Of a stretch of DNA of 64,000 bases, positions 28,770 to 39,832 are shown piece after piece. Each line of letters starts with the position of its first letter. Position 1 is the stretch's first letter. Made by a program: the position numbers and the translations under genes. Below the pieces are notes generated by a model, which ran no database searches, was not told the origin of the DNA, and saw only the letters and a program-made list of their open reading frames with translations. The DNA is taken from positions 76,017 through 140,016 of the forward strand of contig JBGSUI010000014.1 of the NCBI GenBank assembly GCA_041736175.1, in the 5' to 3' direction. This DNA comes from Oligoflexales bacterium. GTDB taxonomy: Bacteria; Bdellovibrionota_B; Oligoflexia; Oligoflexales; CAIYRB01.

Positions 28770-30448
28770 AGTTGATTTTTGGCGATTTTTTTGCCCCTCG
28801 TAGCGAGGGTCAAGTTATGCGCCAAAGGCTTGAGGCCATTGTAGCCTTTTTTGTCCTAGCGGCTTATGCCTACTACTTCTCTTGGGCTAAACTGGATGCA
28901 AACTCATGGCGGACAACAATCATAGGGGATTCTTCATTTTATCTTCAAATGTTTGATTCCTGGCGAGCTGGTACTTTTTCGAAAGAAGTCTTTCGCTATG
29001 GACCTGGTCCCATGTTGCTAGGACTTATATTCGGAACAGTCCATGGAAACCCATTCGTTGTGTATTCTGTGATCCTGTTTGGTATCACTTACGCAACGCT
29101 TTTTTGGGCCATGCGTGCCTATACCGGGATGATACCTGCTGCCATAGCGATCATTGCGGTCATCAATACTAGTCCTATAGTTCCGTATTTTCTCCAGAAC
29201 CCATACAGCAATAGTATTTCGGCAGCGTTAATCGTTGTAATCTGCACCATGATGCTTAATAAGCGCTCCTATGGGCCTATTCCAATCCTGGGATTAGGCT
29301 TTCTTTTTGGGGCTAATTTTGCTGCTCGTTATAGCGATGCCGTCTTGCTCGCGGTAGGAATTATTTACCTCATCATGAGGGAGTTTATGGGGGACAGGCA
29401 AAGGGGCATAAAGGCTGCGCTTTGTTTTGCTGCTACGTCGTTACCATGGGCAATCGTTACTTTTTATCTTCATCATAAGTACCTTGGTTCTGTTCTCACG
29501 ACTCCATATCACGATCATATTCCTTACATTCATCGACTCGCGCAATCTCCGAGCGAAGACATTTCTTCACATTTTACATCTCACTTCTTTACGAATGTGC
29601 CGGCGAGTTTCTACCAATTGTGGATCGACCCACTTGCTTACGCGCTTCCCAGTGACATTGCTGGTCATCTACCAGTGATCGAATTGATGCCGTTTTTGCT
29701 TCTAGCGCCGGTTGGATTGGCGCTGGCATTGACAACAAAAGGAACACGACTCGCTACGGCGGGCATGATAGGTCTTATTGCGATTTGGTTCAGTTTCTAT
29801 TGCTCTTTTTGGCCCGTTACTGCCCATGATTTTAAGTATTTCTGCCTTCGATACTTTGGTGGCTGGTATGAGATATTTTCTTTGTTCGCGCTTGTAGCTA
29901 TTTGCAAGACGGTGGAGGCAGGGCTCGGACTCATCCGTACACGAAAGTTGACTCCCCAAACAAGGTCTCTAGGGTGGTCCATCGGTTTCGGATTAGCGGT
30001 CATAGCTTGTCTTCGTTTAATAGCGCCTATTGAGGCTGCTATGATTGCGTTTCGCCAAGTTCCTCAGTCAAAATTTCGTTTGGTCAGTAGTTTTGGTGAG
30101 CCTAACCTTGCGACAGATGAGCTGGCCAAAACTGCACTAAAGTCAGCAAATCCAGTGGAGTCTGGCGCCCATGTGACTCTAGAGAGTGTTTCGGATGTCC
30201 TCGAACTCTCGGAGCTGCGTTTTGATGCTCAGGATGAAGCAGAAAACGGATTTCCGTGGAGGGTTTCTGTGGAGTCTTCAGAGAACGGAATCGATTATCG
30301 CCCGGTAGCTGGTGTTCGCACGGCCCGTATGAATCACAATTGGCGTATCTTATTCGACCGGACTCAGCTGCGGACCATACGTGTTTCGGTGATTGAGTCA
30401 AGACCAGGGTTTTTCTGGTCGATCAACGACTTTAAAGCCCTAAGGTGA
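28760..30448 (+). CDS. Polytopic GT-C-like membrane protein with C-terminal F5/8C-like domain
   Basis: Many TM segments, early GD motif; C-terminal FPWRVSVESSENG...WSINDF. Confidence 0.6.
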   Translation: MQLKLIFGDFFAPRSEGQVMRQRLEAIVAFFVLAAYAYYFSWAKLDANSWRTTIIGDSSFYLQMFDSWRAGTFSKEVFRYGPGPMLLGLIFGTVHGNPFVVYSVILFGITYATLFWAMRAYTGMIPAAIAIIAVINTSPIVPYFLQNPYSNSISAALIVVICTMMLNKRSYGPIPILGLGFLFGANFAARYSDAVLLAVGIIYLIMREFMGDRQRGIKAALCFAATSLPWAIVTFYLHHKYLGSVLTTPYHDHIPYIHRLAQSPSEDISSHFTSHFFTNVPASFYQLWIDPLAYALPSDIAGHLPVIELMPFLLLAPVGLALALTTKGTRLATAGMIGLIAIWFSFYCSFWPVTAHDFKYFCLRYFGGWYEIFSLFALVAICKTVEAGLGLIRTRKLTPQTRSLGWSIGFGLAVIACLRLIAPIEAAMIAFRQVPQSKFRLVSSFGEPNLATDELAKTALKSANPVESGAHVTLESVSDVLELSELRFDAQDEAENGFPWRVSVESSENGIDYRPVAGVRTARMNHNWRILFDRTQLRTIRVSVIESRPGFFWSINDFKALR

Positions 30449-30628
30449 GTTTCTTGGGGGTGAAAATCCCGCGCCTTTCTCTATGATGGGTCCCTGAAGG
30501 CACAGCAAAATCACAGTAATATTCCTATAAAATCATTGATTTGTTTGGCTGTCTCTCATGCTAAGGCCCCATTGCGACGATGAGGTTTCGTGAGGTTATT
30601 TAGAGACGATTTTGTTTTTGAATAAAAG

Positions 30629-32284
30629 GTGGCCGTAACCAGGATGAAATTAGGTCCCGAGCAAAAAATAAAATGCCTTTTGGTGCAACCCCTTTTTCCT
30701 GACGGTAGCTTTTGGAACTACAAGGCGACCTGCGAGGCGATCGGGGCTAAGACACCAATGGTCCCTTTGGGGCTTATGACGGTGGCGGCTATTTTGCCTC
30801 AGCATTGGGAGTTTCGTTTGGTGGATCGCAACTGTCGTGGGGTGAATGAAGATGACTGGCTGTGGGCCGATCTGGTCGCAGTGGGTGGAATGCTTCCCCA
30901 ACAATCGGATCTCCTCGAAGTGATCGCTGAGGCCCACCGTTATCAGAAATTTGTCGTGGTTGGGGGGCCAGATCCCACGAGCCAACCGGATATCTATAAG
31001 TCTGCGGATGCCAGAGTTCTCGATGAGGGGGAGGTCTCGATTCCGCTATGGATTGAAAGTTGGCGTAACGGTAGCCCTGCTGGAATCTTTAGGGGCGTGC
31101 AAAAGCCAGATATGAGCCTTTCACCTGCCCCGCGCTACGATCTGATCGATATCTACAACTACAACCAGTTAGCAATTCAGATTTCCAGGGGGTGTCCCTT
31201 TAACTGTGAGTTTTGCGATATTATCGAACTCTATGGTCGGAAGCCGCGGATAAAGACGGCGGACCAAGTGATTCGAGAGCTGGAGGCCATCAGAAAGACA
31301 GGATATGCAGGGGCTGTCGATATCGTCGACGACAATTTTATCGGCAACAAGCGATATATTAGAAATCATATCCTGCCGGCTCTGCGTCGATGGAACCGTC
31401 CACGATTGAGGCCCTTTTATTTTACCACCCAAGCGTCCATGAATTTAGGGGACGATATCCCGCTTATGAAAGACATGGTGATGGCAGGGTTTCGGTTTGT
31501 ATTTTTTGGCATTGAAACCCCTGATCCAGAGCTGCTGATGAAAACCCAAAAAAGCCAAAATGTAGCTCAGTCTTTCGAAAAAAGAATGGACCAGATCCAT
31601 GGCCAAGGGCTAACGCCCGTCGGCGGATTTATAATCGGCTTCGATGGTGAAAAACCTGGGATGGATATCAGCATCATTCGGTTTATTGAGGCCCACGATA
31701 TCACGGTTGCTATGGTGGGAATGCTCGTTGCCCTACCGAATACCCAGCTTTGGCGCCGCCTGTTAAAAGAAAAGCGGCTTATAGGCTTTGACGGCTATCT
31801 CAAAGGGGAAGGTGACCATGTCCTCCTTGAATCGAAATCCAGTGTCTTTGAGGTCAACGATCAGACTGTTTCGGGGCTTAATTTTGCGACGACCCGAGAT
31901 CGCCATGAGATTCTCGCAGAATTTCGCAATGTAGTGGCAACCCTCTATGATCCCACAGCCTATATCCACCGCGCCTATCGCCAAGCCATAAGGGCCCGCA
32001 ATTGGCCGATTCGGTTCCCGAGACTTTGGGAGTTTAAGAGAGATATGGTTGGATTCAGAAATCTTACTAAAACCATGACAAAAGATCCTAGAACACGACG
32101 GATCTTTTGGAAGTATTTTTTACTCGCACTGGTCCGAGGAATCAATCCACTCGATGTTTATTTAAGGTTGTGCGGAATGTTTCTGCACTTTGATCTCCAA
32201 AGGGATTATGTCCTTAGAAAAACCAAAATCTTGCAAAATACTTTTAAAGAAGAATCATTTGGCACAACCAAAAAATCGGCTTAG
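30629..32284 (+). CDS. B12-binding radical SAM protein (DUF4070 / HpnP-like family)
   Basis: PLGLMTVAA, VVGGP, SRGCPFNCEFC, DDNFIGN, FFGIE, GFIIGFD. Confidence 0.9.
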   Translation: MAVTRMKLGPEQKIKCLLVQPLFPDGSFWNYKATCEAIGAKTPMVPLGLMTVAAILPQHWEFRLVDRNCRGVNEDDWLWADLVAVGGMLPQQSDLLEVIAEAHRYQKFVVVGGPDPTSQPDIYKSADARVLDEGEVSIPLWIESWRNGSPAGIFRGVQKPDMSLSPAPRYDLIDIYNYNQLAIQISRGCPFNCEFCDIIELYGRKPRIKTADQVIRELEAIRKTGYAGAVDIVDDNFIGNKRYIRNHILPALRRWNRPRLRPFYFTTQASMNLGDDIPLMKDMVMAGFRFVFFGIETPDPELLMKTQKSQNVAQSFEKRMDQIHGQGLTPVGGFIIGFDGEKPGMDISIIRFIEAHDITVAMVGMLVALPNTQLWRRLLKEKRLIGFDGYLKGEGDHVLLESKSSVFEVNDQTVSGLNFATTRDRHEILAEFRNVVATLYDPTAYIHRAYRQAIRARNWPIRFPRLWEFKRDMVGFRNLTKTMTKDPRTRRIFWKYFLLALVRGINPLDVYLRLCGMFLHFDLQRDYVLRKTKILQNTFKEESFGTTKKSA

Positions 32285-32411
32285 GATTCAGTCTAATTTT
32301 TTGAGTTTATTTCCTGATTTTAAAGTGGTATGTTAAGGCTACCTTTTTTAGAATGTCGTATTTTATACCACGAGAATAAACTTAAAAAGTAAACTTGGAT
32401 ACAAAAATTCT

Positions 32412-35396
32412 ATGGCTGACTCCTCGGTAAAAAAAGCAAGTATATTGGATTTTATAACTAAAAAGGTCCTGTTCATTTGTTTGCTGACCTTTACTTTTTC
32501 TTATTTTCACCAGGGAGGGGGCTTTAACCAAAATGCGACCATTGGCGAAATACGGGAATTGGTCGAAAACCATACGGTTGAGATTTCCAAATGGCTGCCC
32601 ATTACAGGCGATGTGAGCCGTTATAACGGCAAAACCTATAGCAACAAATCTCCCAGTCTCCTGTTTATAGTCGCTCCCATCTACTTTTGTATCTACCAGG
32701 GCGCGAGTCTCATTGGTATCGATATTTCTAGCGCTTCCTACAATCTTGTCGCAACTCACCTACTCACGTTTATGTGTTCAGGGATCTGGGCTGTTTTCCT
32801 TGGCATCCTCTATCTTAAGCTGATTCCATACCTCTTTCCTTATCTATCAGAGGACGACTGCTACTGGTGCGCCTATTTTTTTACGGTCGGGACCTTAACC
32901 TTTCCCTATGCGGGGGTGGCTTTTGTCCATAACTTTGAGACTTTTTGTGTCCTCTATGTCTTCTATCGGTTGGTCCTGTTTCAAAACCTCAAATCTAAAC
33001 GATCGATGGATGTCTTGGCCCTAAGTTGTGGATTCATGATGCTTGCCAATCCAATCACCGTCCTGGCGATGCCCATTGTTTATATTGTAGGGTGGTTCCA
33101 GTTTAACTCTCCAGTCTTTGCCAAAGATACTATCCTTCGGTTTATTAGATTTTCAATCATAGCCATGGTGCCCCTTCTGCCGCTTTTTATCTATAATCAG
33201 ATGGTCTTTGACTTTTTTCTTTCAGGTAATCGCAACCACCAAGATCCCGTTTGGACAGACCCAAATCTTTGGATGGGGGTGTTTGGCCCCCCCCAATGGG
33301 AACGCATCGCGAATGTGTTTGGCTGGGGCCATCGGTCGGTGTTTACGATTATGCCCTTCCTGGTGATGGGCTTTCTAGGGGTCTTTGTCAAATTCAGGGA
33401 CCAACCCGCTTTACCTCATAGGTATCTGGCGTTTCCCGTAGGAATTTTTGTGACCTTTCTGATGATGATTCTCACCTTTAATGGTTGGCATGGTGGCACC
33501 TGTTTAGGTCCAAGATATTTTATGGCAGCACTGCCGTTTATAGCGCTATCCTCGGTGCCATTTTTTGTACGTTACAGACTATTTTATGTTTCGCTCGTTT
33601 GTTGGAGTATCCTGGTCATGATGGTCGCGTCATCGGGGTCTATTTGGGTTTCTCAGAATGATTTCCATCCCCTGACAAGTATCTTGAATAAATTTGACGG
33701 ACAAACAGCCACGGAATGGCCGTCTTTTTTGGGGCCCTCCCCGCCCTTTAATCGATACAATCTCGGTCACGTGATGGGATTTCCGGGGTATTGGTCACTG
33801 TTGCCCCTGGCGATAGCCCATGTTTTGGGGTTGGCAGCGATCTTTAGAAAAAAAATAGGCTTTTTTGCCAAGGAATCTTACGCGTCCCAATGGACCAGGG
33901 GTCTTCGGGTCTTGGGTGGATTAGTTGGGGCGCTTGTTTTGGTGAGACTCGCAGATTTAAATATAACCCCCTTTATCAATGACGAAGCCCATATCCAGCT
34001 TCGAGTGAGTCAGATATTGCAGGGCGGTGGTTTACCACTTGTAGGGCTCAGTGGAAGCCAGCCGATCCCCTATGGTCCCATCCCCATCTGGATCTATACC
34101 CTGCTTCGTTTTGTGTATGATAGCCACCTTATGATTTTATGGGGTCATACCTTAACCCATTTGTTAGCTCTATGGTTGTTTTTTAAGGTTCAAATCCGGA
34201 TTTTTACACCTAAGATAGCGCTGCTGACGACGACGTTTGCTGCGAGTTCACCCTTTCTTTTCAATTATGCGCGCATGCCCTGGGATAATACCTTTCTGTT
34301 TTTGTTTTCCATGGGCATGGTTTTTTTCGTCTCAAAAATTGTGGATTCCAAAAGCCATTCCAATGGGAATTGGTTTGGTTTAGGGTTCTTTAGTGGCTGT
34401 GCGATTGCAACTCACCTTATGGTGGTCCCCCTTGTGGTCAGTAGTTTTGCGGTAAGTCTCATCTATTCGAGGCAAAATTTAAAGGAAATCATTCGAAAAG
34501 TGGGGATGAGTGCCTTAGGAATTGGCTTGATCACATTGCCCTATTTTTCGGCGATTATGCGACTAGTCTTTTCCACTGGGTTGCAAGGACCTCCCTCCGC
34601 AGGCAAACACTGGGGTGGGTTGGCGCAGTGGCCCACAATACTGGAGCAATTCACCCGCTTTGTCTCGTTTCCAGGCTTTATAAGCTATTTCCTAAGGGGA
34701 AACGAAGCGGAAGTTCTTCAGTCTTTGCCCCGTTTCCTTAGGCTCATCGATAAAATCGACGGGACTTGGCTCCTCAAACTGCCGATTCTTTTTGTGATCG
34801 CCTATCCTTTAGGGTTGGCCTTGTGTCTAAAGCGAAAGGATCTGCGCCAGCTTAATCCGATGCTTGTTTATTGTAGTCTGACAACGGGTCTGGTTTTTAC
34901 TCTCTATAGTTATAGTGGCCACTTGAGTCATCCTCATTACTATAATTATGTTTGGTGGATTCCTATGATGGCCTTGGGCTTTTTAATGACGTCCCATTGG
35001 CAGATCCCGTCCAAGCTAGCTGTCGGCCTGGTAACTCTCGGCCTTGGGCTTAATCTCTGGTTTACGGTGAGAGTCGGACGCTATATTGTTGAAAACGAGG
35101 GGATTCGTGGTCTTGGATGGGGGGCGAGCGCCAGAAACCAACAGAGGATTGTCCGAGAGTTGTGCCAGGCAACAAAAAGCCAGAACCCTGTAGCCCCTGC
35201 GGAGGGTTATAAAGTCAAAGTCGATTTTTCAAAAGTCGTTATTTTACCCCATTCTCTTAGTTATTTTAGCCAAAAAGAGCCGGAATGCCACGGGGTGACT
35301 TTAGAGTTTGCCTCCCAAGGGGAGTATTCTTTAGAGTATGCAGCCTCTGATCGCCCACCCCGAGCCAGGCTAAGGTATCAAAAGACCCCAAATTAA
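32412..35396 (+). CDS. Tandem double GT-C-like (ArnT/PMT-like) membrane protein
   Basis: N-half YSNKSP...WHGG...GPRY; C-half FINDEAH...YGP...YARMPWDN. Confidence 0.7.
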   Translation: MADSSVKKASILDFITKKVLFICLLTFTFSYFHQGGGFNQNATIGEIRELVENHTVEISKWLPITGDVSRYNGKTYSNKSPSLLFIVAPIYFCIYQGASLIGIDISSASYNLVATHLLTFMCSGIWAVFLGILYLKLIPYLFPYLSEDDCYWCAYFFTVGTLTFPYAGVAFVHNFETFCVLYVFYRLVLFQNLKSKRSMDVLALSCGFMMLANPITVLAMPIVYIVGWFQFNSPVFAKDTILRFIRFSIIAMVPLLPLFIYNQMVFDFFLSGNRNHQDPVWTDPNLWMGVFGPPQWERIANVFGWGHRSVFTIMPFLVMGFLGVFVKFRDQPALPHRYLAFPVGIFVTFLMMILTFNGWHGGTCLGPRYFMAALPFIALSSVPFFVRYRLFYVSLVCWSILVMMVASSGSIWVSQNDFHPLTSILNKFDGQTATEWPSFLGPSPPFNRYNLGHVMGFPGYWSLLPLAIAHVLGLAAIFRKKIGFFAKESYASQWTRGLRVLGGLVGALVLVRLADLNITPFINDEAHIQLRVSQILQGGGLPLVGLSGSQPIPYGPIPIWIYTLLRFVYDSHLMILWGHTLTHLLALWLFFKVQIRIFTPKIALLTTTFAASSPFLFNYARMPWDNTFLFLFSMGMVFFVSKIVDSKSHSNGNWFGLGFFSGCAIATHLMVVPLVVSSFAVSLIYSRQNLKEIIRKVGMSALGIGLITLPYFSAIMRLVFSTGLQGPPSAGKHWGGLAQWPTILEQFTRFVSFPGFISYFLRGNEAEVLQSLPRFLRLIDKIDGTWLLKLPILFVIAYPLGLALCLKRKDLRQLNPMLVYCSLTTGLVFTLYSYSGHLSHPHYYNYVWWIPMMALGFLMTSHWQIPSKLAVGLVTLGLGLNLWFTVRVGRYIVENEGIRGLGWGASARNQQRIVRELCQATKSQNPVAPAEGYKVKVDFSKVVILPHSLSYFSQKEPECHGVTLEFASQGEYSLEYAASDRPPRARLRYQKTPN

Positions 35397-35522
35397 GCCC
35401 AATCCGCCCTCCAAGGGCGGGCATTAAAAGCATTGCCAAGATAATAATTCTTGAATAATGTTCGATTGGTGGCTATATTTTTGAAATAGGTGATGCGGTA
35501 ACCGATCCTAGAATCGGTTTCC

Positions 35523-36890
35523 TTGCGGCGGTGGCTAAACTTGGGGAATCCATTGAATCTCAACCAATGTGGAGTTTTTTTTCAAAGTCTCTCAGAAAAA
35601 GCCCGCTTTGGAATCTCAACGATTATATGCTTTGCAGTTCTTATGTTCCGACTTAAGGAACGACTGATCCACCCCCATCTCTGGGCTGAAGATGGTGTGC
35701 TGTTCCTTTTAGGTGGTTTGCAGAAGGGTCTTTTGGGCCTTTTTGAGCCCTATGGCGGGTACTACCATTCGGTCAGTAAGATCCTGAGTTACGGACTCAT
35801 CCAGCTATTCGATCTAACGTGGTTTCCTGTGGCAACGATTATCCTCTGTCTGGGGTTAACTTCCTTCATCTACTCCACCGTAACGCTATCCGCCTATCGT
35901 TGGTTACTACCATCGGATGGGGTGCGGATCCTTACGGCGATCCTGCTTTGTTTAACCCCAGGATCCAGCGAAGTTTTAGGAAATTTCACGAACTTGCATT
36001 GGATACTCTACTTTTACCTATGGCTTTTGGCGATGAAACCGGCAGAAAAGAGCTTTTCTATCCCTGAAGTCCTTTGTGCCTTTTTGATTTGTTTTTCCAC
36101 CGGTGAGGTTGTTGTTTTACTCCCCCTGTTTCTGTGGCGCATCTACCAACAGCGCAGAGGGGGGTCCAAACGGTTGTTGCCATCATCGCGATCTGATATT
36201 GCCATTGTCATCACCTTAGTCTTTTCTACGCTGCTTAACGTGGTGCAGAGAGAAGGAGGTGGCCCAGGGGTGGTCCACCAGTTCGATGCCATAGGCCATG
36301 CTTTAATGACAACGGTTTCACAACAAATGATTTATTTTCCCTGGATGGGCCAAGAGGTGTTGAATACTTGGTCGAGGCTTATGAATCGATGGTACTATTA
36401 TCTTTGGGCCTTTGTGATTCTAGGGATTTTGATCAAACAAATTTTGTATATGGATAAACAATCGGGTTGGACCTTTTTATTGGGTCTTTCCTGCGCTCTT
36501 GGTGTGCCCATGCTGACTTTTGTAGTCCGACCAGATAGTGCCCATGTTTATGCACGGGTGAAGCTTAATTTTATAGATGATATGAACTTTAGGTACTATT
36601 TTGTGATGGCTCCGTTTGCTGTGTTGTTGTGGAGTGTTGGGATCCAAGGGTTGGCTCGAAACAATCGATTCTACTGGATTTTCGCCTCTTTATTTGGAGT
36701 CGCCTATATCTCCGGGAGCCGGAACGATTTTTATATAAGCCCCCTCGGACTAGATCGTATGTGGGTTCAAGATGTCGTGCCCTTGATCAGTTCGGTAAAG
36801 ACTGGCTGTCCTAAACAAGCCGTGGTCCCGATTTACCCCAATGGTTGGGTCATTGATTATCATTCTAAGTTTGAAAATATTTGTCCTTAG
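35523..36890 (+). CDS. Polytopic membrane protein, GT-C-like
   Basis: LWAEDG and EPYGGYYH motifs; about 10 TM segments; start uncertain. Confidence 0.6.
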   Translation: MRRWLNLGNPLNLNQCGVFFQSLSEKARFGISTIICFAVLMFRLKERLIHPHLWAEDGVLFLLGGLQKGLLGLFEPYGGYYHSVSKILSYGLIQLFDLTWFPVATIILCLGLTSFIYSTVTLSAYRWLLPSDGVRILTAILLCLTPGSSEVLGNFTNLHWILYFYLWLLAMKPAEKSFSIPEVLCAFLICFSTGEVVVLLPLFLWRIYQQRRGGSKRLLPSSRSDIAIVITLVFSTLLNVVQREGGGPGVVHQFDAIGHALMTTVSQQMIYFPWMGQEVLNTWSRLMNRWYYYLWAFVILGILIKQILYMDKQSGWTFLLGLSCALGVPMLTFVVRPDSAHVYARVKLNFIDDMNFRYYFVMAPFAVLLWSVGIQGLARNNRFYWIFASLFGVAYISGSRNDFYISPLGLDRMWVQDVVPLISSVKTGCPKQAVVPIYPNGWVIDYHSKFENICP

Positions 36891-37003
36891 TTAATGTTAC
36901 GATGCTTTTAATCCCAGGGGGAGTTTTAATTGTAGTCACGAACAAAGATCTGGTAAAATTGTAAGTCTCCAATAGGGTTGTTATTTTGAAAGGTATACCT
37001 CTC

Positions 37004-37819
37004 ATGCAAGAAATCGTTGATCAAGCGGGGAGCCAGCTTACCCCACAGGATCTAAAAGACATTGTAGTCTACATTCCTGCCTACAATGCATCAAAGACAC
37101 TTCCCAAAGTGCTCGACCGCATTCCTCAGCTCATCAGAGAAAACTGTCGTTGTATCTTGATCATTGATAATTGTAGTACAGATGAGACTTCAAAGGTTGG
37201 GCGTGACTATCAACAAAGAGCTGGGTTTGAGAAAGTCACTGTAGTTCGCAATGAGAAAAATCTTGGTTATGGCGGCAGTCAAAAAATTGCTTACCGCTAC
37301 TGCATCCAAAATAACTGCAGAGGGGTCGTGATGCTTCATGGGGATGCGCAATACGCCCCGGAATTTGCTGGCTACCTTATTCAAAGTGTTGTTGATGGCA
37401 GCGCGGACATGGTTTTTGGCTCACGCATGGCTGGCAATCCGCTTAAAGGTGGGATGCCACTACACCGATTTTTAGGTAATCGGGCTCTGACTATTTTTCA
37501 AAATATCTTGCTTGGAACGAAAATTAGCGAATTCCATAGCGGGTATCGTGTGTTTTCTGTTAAAGCACTCAATCAAGTGCCTTTTGAAAATTTATCAACC
37601 GATTATCATTTTGACACTGAGATCCTAATATTGTTTGTCGAGCATGGATTGAGAATAGCTGAAAAGCCCATACCCACTCACTACGGTGACGAAGAGTGTT
37701 ACGTCAACATTTGGCAATATGGAATGAATGTCCTTGTGACCACAGTGACTTATTTTTGCCATAAAAATCGACTTCGTCACTCGAATCGATGGGCTGCTCG
37801 CCTTGGACAATCGACCTAG
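37004..37819 (+). CDS. GT2 glycosyltransferase (DPM synthase-like)
   Basis: IPAYNA, NLGYGGSQK, LHGDAQY, GSRM, EFHSGYR. Confidence 0.9.
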   Translation: MQEIVDQAGSQLTPQDLKDIVVYIPAYNASKTLPKVLDRIPQLIRENCRCILIIDNCSTDETSKVGRDYQQRAGFEKVTVVRNEKNLGYGGSQKIAYRYCIQNNCRGVVMLHGDAQYAPEFAGYLIQSVVDGSADMVFGSRMAGNPLKGGMPLHRFLGNRALTIFQNILLGTKISEFHSGYRVFSVKALNQVPFENLSTDYHFDTEILILFVEHGLRIAEKPIPTHYGDEECYVNIWQYGMNVLVTTVTYFCHKNRLRHSNRWAARLGQST

Positions 37820-37903
37820 TGAAGTGGACAATATGCAGGGCGTCTCCTCCTCCGCCTGATGAGTTAGGTTTCCGCGGTTTTACTAAATCGAAAGGATTTT
37901 AGG

Positions 37904-38680
37904 ATGAAAGCTGTGATTTTGGCAGGTGGTCTCGGTAGTCGTCTAAGTGAAGAAACGGTCCTCAAGCCTAAGCCCATGGTTGAGATAGGAAGTAAGCCGA
38001 TACTCTGGCACATTATGAAGATCTATAGCCACTATGGAATTACTGACTTTGTAGTATGTTTGGGGTATCGGGGTTATGTTATAAAAGAATATTTTGCAAA
38101 TTACTTTCTTCATAACTCAGATATTACGATCGACCTTAAAAAAAATGGTTTCGACGTTCACTTTAACAAGGCAGAGCCTTGGAAAGTCACTCTGGTTGAT
38201 ACAGGCCTAAATTCAATGACAGGGGGTCGGATTAAGCGTATTCAACATCATGTTGGTGACGGTACTTTTTTAATGACCTACGGAGATGGTCTTTCGGACA
38301 TTGACATCAATAAACTCGTCGAGTTTCATCGTCGTAGTCAGAAATGGTGTTCTGTCACAGCAATCCAACCTCCCGGACGGTTTGGATCACTCGATATTAA
38401 TGATAAGGGGGTGGTTAAAAACTTTATTGAAAAGCCCTCTGGCGAAGGAGGTTGGATCAATGGAGGGTTTTTTGTGCTTGAACCGGAGATATTCCGCTTC
38501 ATTGATCACGATGGCACGACTTGGGAGCAGGAGCCTTTACGAAATCTTGCTTCCCAAGGACAGTTAGCAGCATACAAGCACTCGGGTTTTTGGCAGCCGA
38601 TGGACACATTGCGGGACAAACAGCATCTTGAGCAGCTTTGGAACAGTCCGAACCCGCCTTGGAAGGTCTGGAATCAATAG
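37904..38680 (+). CDS. rfbF: Glucose-1-phosphate cytidylyltransferase
   Basis: LAGGLGSRLSEET..KPKPMVEIG, TYGDG, WINGGFF, WQPMDTLRDK. Confidence 0.96.
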   Translation: MKAVILAGGLGSRLSEETVLKPKPMVEIGSKPILWHIMKIYSHYGITDFVVCLGYRGYVIKEYFANYFLHNSDITIDLKKNGFDVHFNKAEPWKVTLVDTGLNSMTGGRIKRIQHHVGDGTFLMTYGDGLSDIDINKLVEFHRRSQKWCSVTAIQPPGRFGSLDINDKGVVKNFIEKPSGEGGWINGGFFVLEPEIFRFIDHDGTTWEQEPLRNLASQGQLAAYKHSGFWQPMDTLRDKQHLEQLWNSPNPPWKVWNQ

Positions 38681-38705
38681 TAAGAGTTAACAAGAAGGGT
38701 TTAGC

Positions 38706-39800
38706 ATGATTTCTAATCAGATCAAATCAAATATGCAATTAAATCGAGAATTTTGGCGCAATAAAAGAGTTTTGGTTACTGGGCATTCCGGGTTTAAGGG
38801 GGGGTGGTTGTCGGCCTGGCTTATCGATATGGGTGCCAATGTAACAGGAATCAGTTTACCACCACAGACGAAACCTTCATTTTTTGAGGCAACTGATCTT
38901 GGTGCGAGGATGAAGTCCATTTTTCTCGATATTCGCGACGGGCGGGAACTGGCAAACCAAGTTGTTGCTGCAAATCCAGAAATTGTTTTTCACTTGGCTG
39001 CTCAACCTATCGTCATTGATTCCTACAGTGACCCCCTTGGTACCTATGAAACCAATGTCACAGGTACTATCAACCTCCTGGAAGGTATTCGGAAATGTCC
39101 AGGCGTGAGGGCTTCTGTCATTGTCACCAGTGATAAATGTTATGAAAATCTTAATTGGGCCTACGGTTACCGGGAAATTGACCGACTTGGAGGTCATGAT
39201 CCTTACAGCAATAGCAAAGCTTGCACTGAGTTGGTGGTCTCGGCTTATCGTCATTCCTTTTTCAATAAAAAAGGTCAGACAGTGTTGGCGTCCGTACGTG
39301 CTGGGAATGTATTTGGCGGTGGTGACTGGGCTCGATATCGACTGATACCCGACTGTATGCGTGCTTATGCTGCTGGTCAAACAATGGTAGTTCGCAATCC
39401 CTCCTATACACGCCCTTGGCAGTTTGTGGTAGAGCCCCTTCGAGGTTACTTGCAGGTAGCTCAAGCTTGTTACGAATGGGGAACAGACTTTGGAATGGCT
39501 TTTAATTTTGGTCCTAAAGACTCAGATATCTTGCATGTTGAACAAGTCGTCAAAGTTTTTTCGACCCATTTAGGAGTACAACCAGAGCAGTTTGCAATGG
39601 CGGCAAAATCGAACGCTGAGACCCTCCATGAGGCGTTTGTTCTCAAACTCGATAGTAGTTTAGCCCAAGAAAAGCTGGGCTGGCGTCAAACAGTCGAGCT
39701 ACCCCTCGGGCTCAAGTTGACAGCCGAATGGTACAAGGCATACTATTCAAATCCGGATTCGGCTAAAATGTGGAGTTTGACTCTAAGTCAGCTTAAATAG
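38706..39800 (+). CDS. rfbG: CDP-glucose 4,6-dehydratase
   Basis: TGHSGFKGGWL, HLAAQP, TSDKCYEN, DPYSNSK, RAGNVFGGGDW. Confidence 0.95.
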   Translation: MISNQIKSNMQLNREFWRNKRVLVTGHSGFKGGWLSAWLIDMGANVTGISLPPQTKPSFFEATDLGARMKSIFLDIRDGRELANQVVAANPEIVFHLAAQPIVIDSYSDPLGTYETNVTGTINLLEGIRKCPGVRASVIVTSDKCYENLNWAYGYREIDRLGGHDPYSNSKACTELVVSAYRHSFFNKKGQTVLASVRAGNVFGGGDWARYRLIPDCMRAYAAGQTMVVRNPSYTRPWQFVVEPLRGYLQVAQACYEWGTDFGMAFNFGPKDSDILHVEQVVKVFSTHLGVQPEQFAMAAKSNAETLHEAFVLKLDSSLAQEKLGWRQTVELPLGLKLTAEWYKAYYSNPDSAKMWSLTLSQLK

Positions 39801-39832
39801 AAGCACGTGAAGAAGATAGGATTGCCTATAAA

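Noticed and set aside
30629..32284. Definite hopanoid methylase (hpnP)
   Set aside because: Family similarity only; no hopanoid genes nearby, so the substrate is unassigned.
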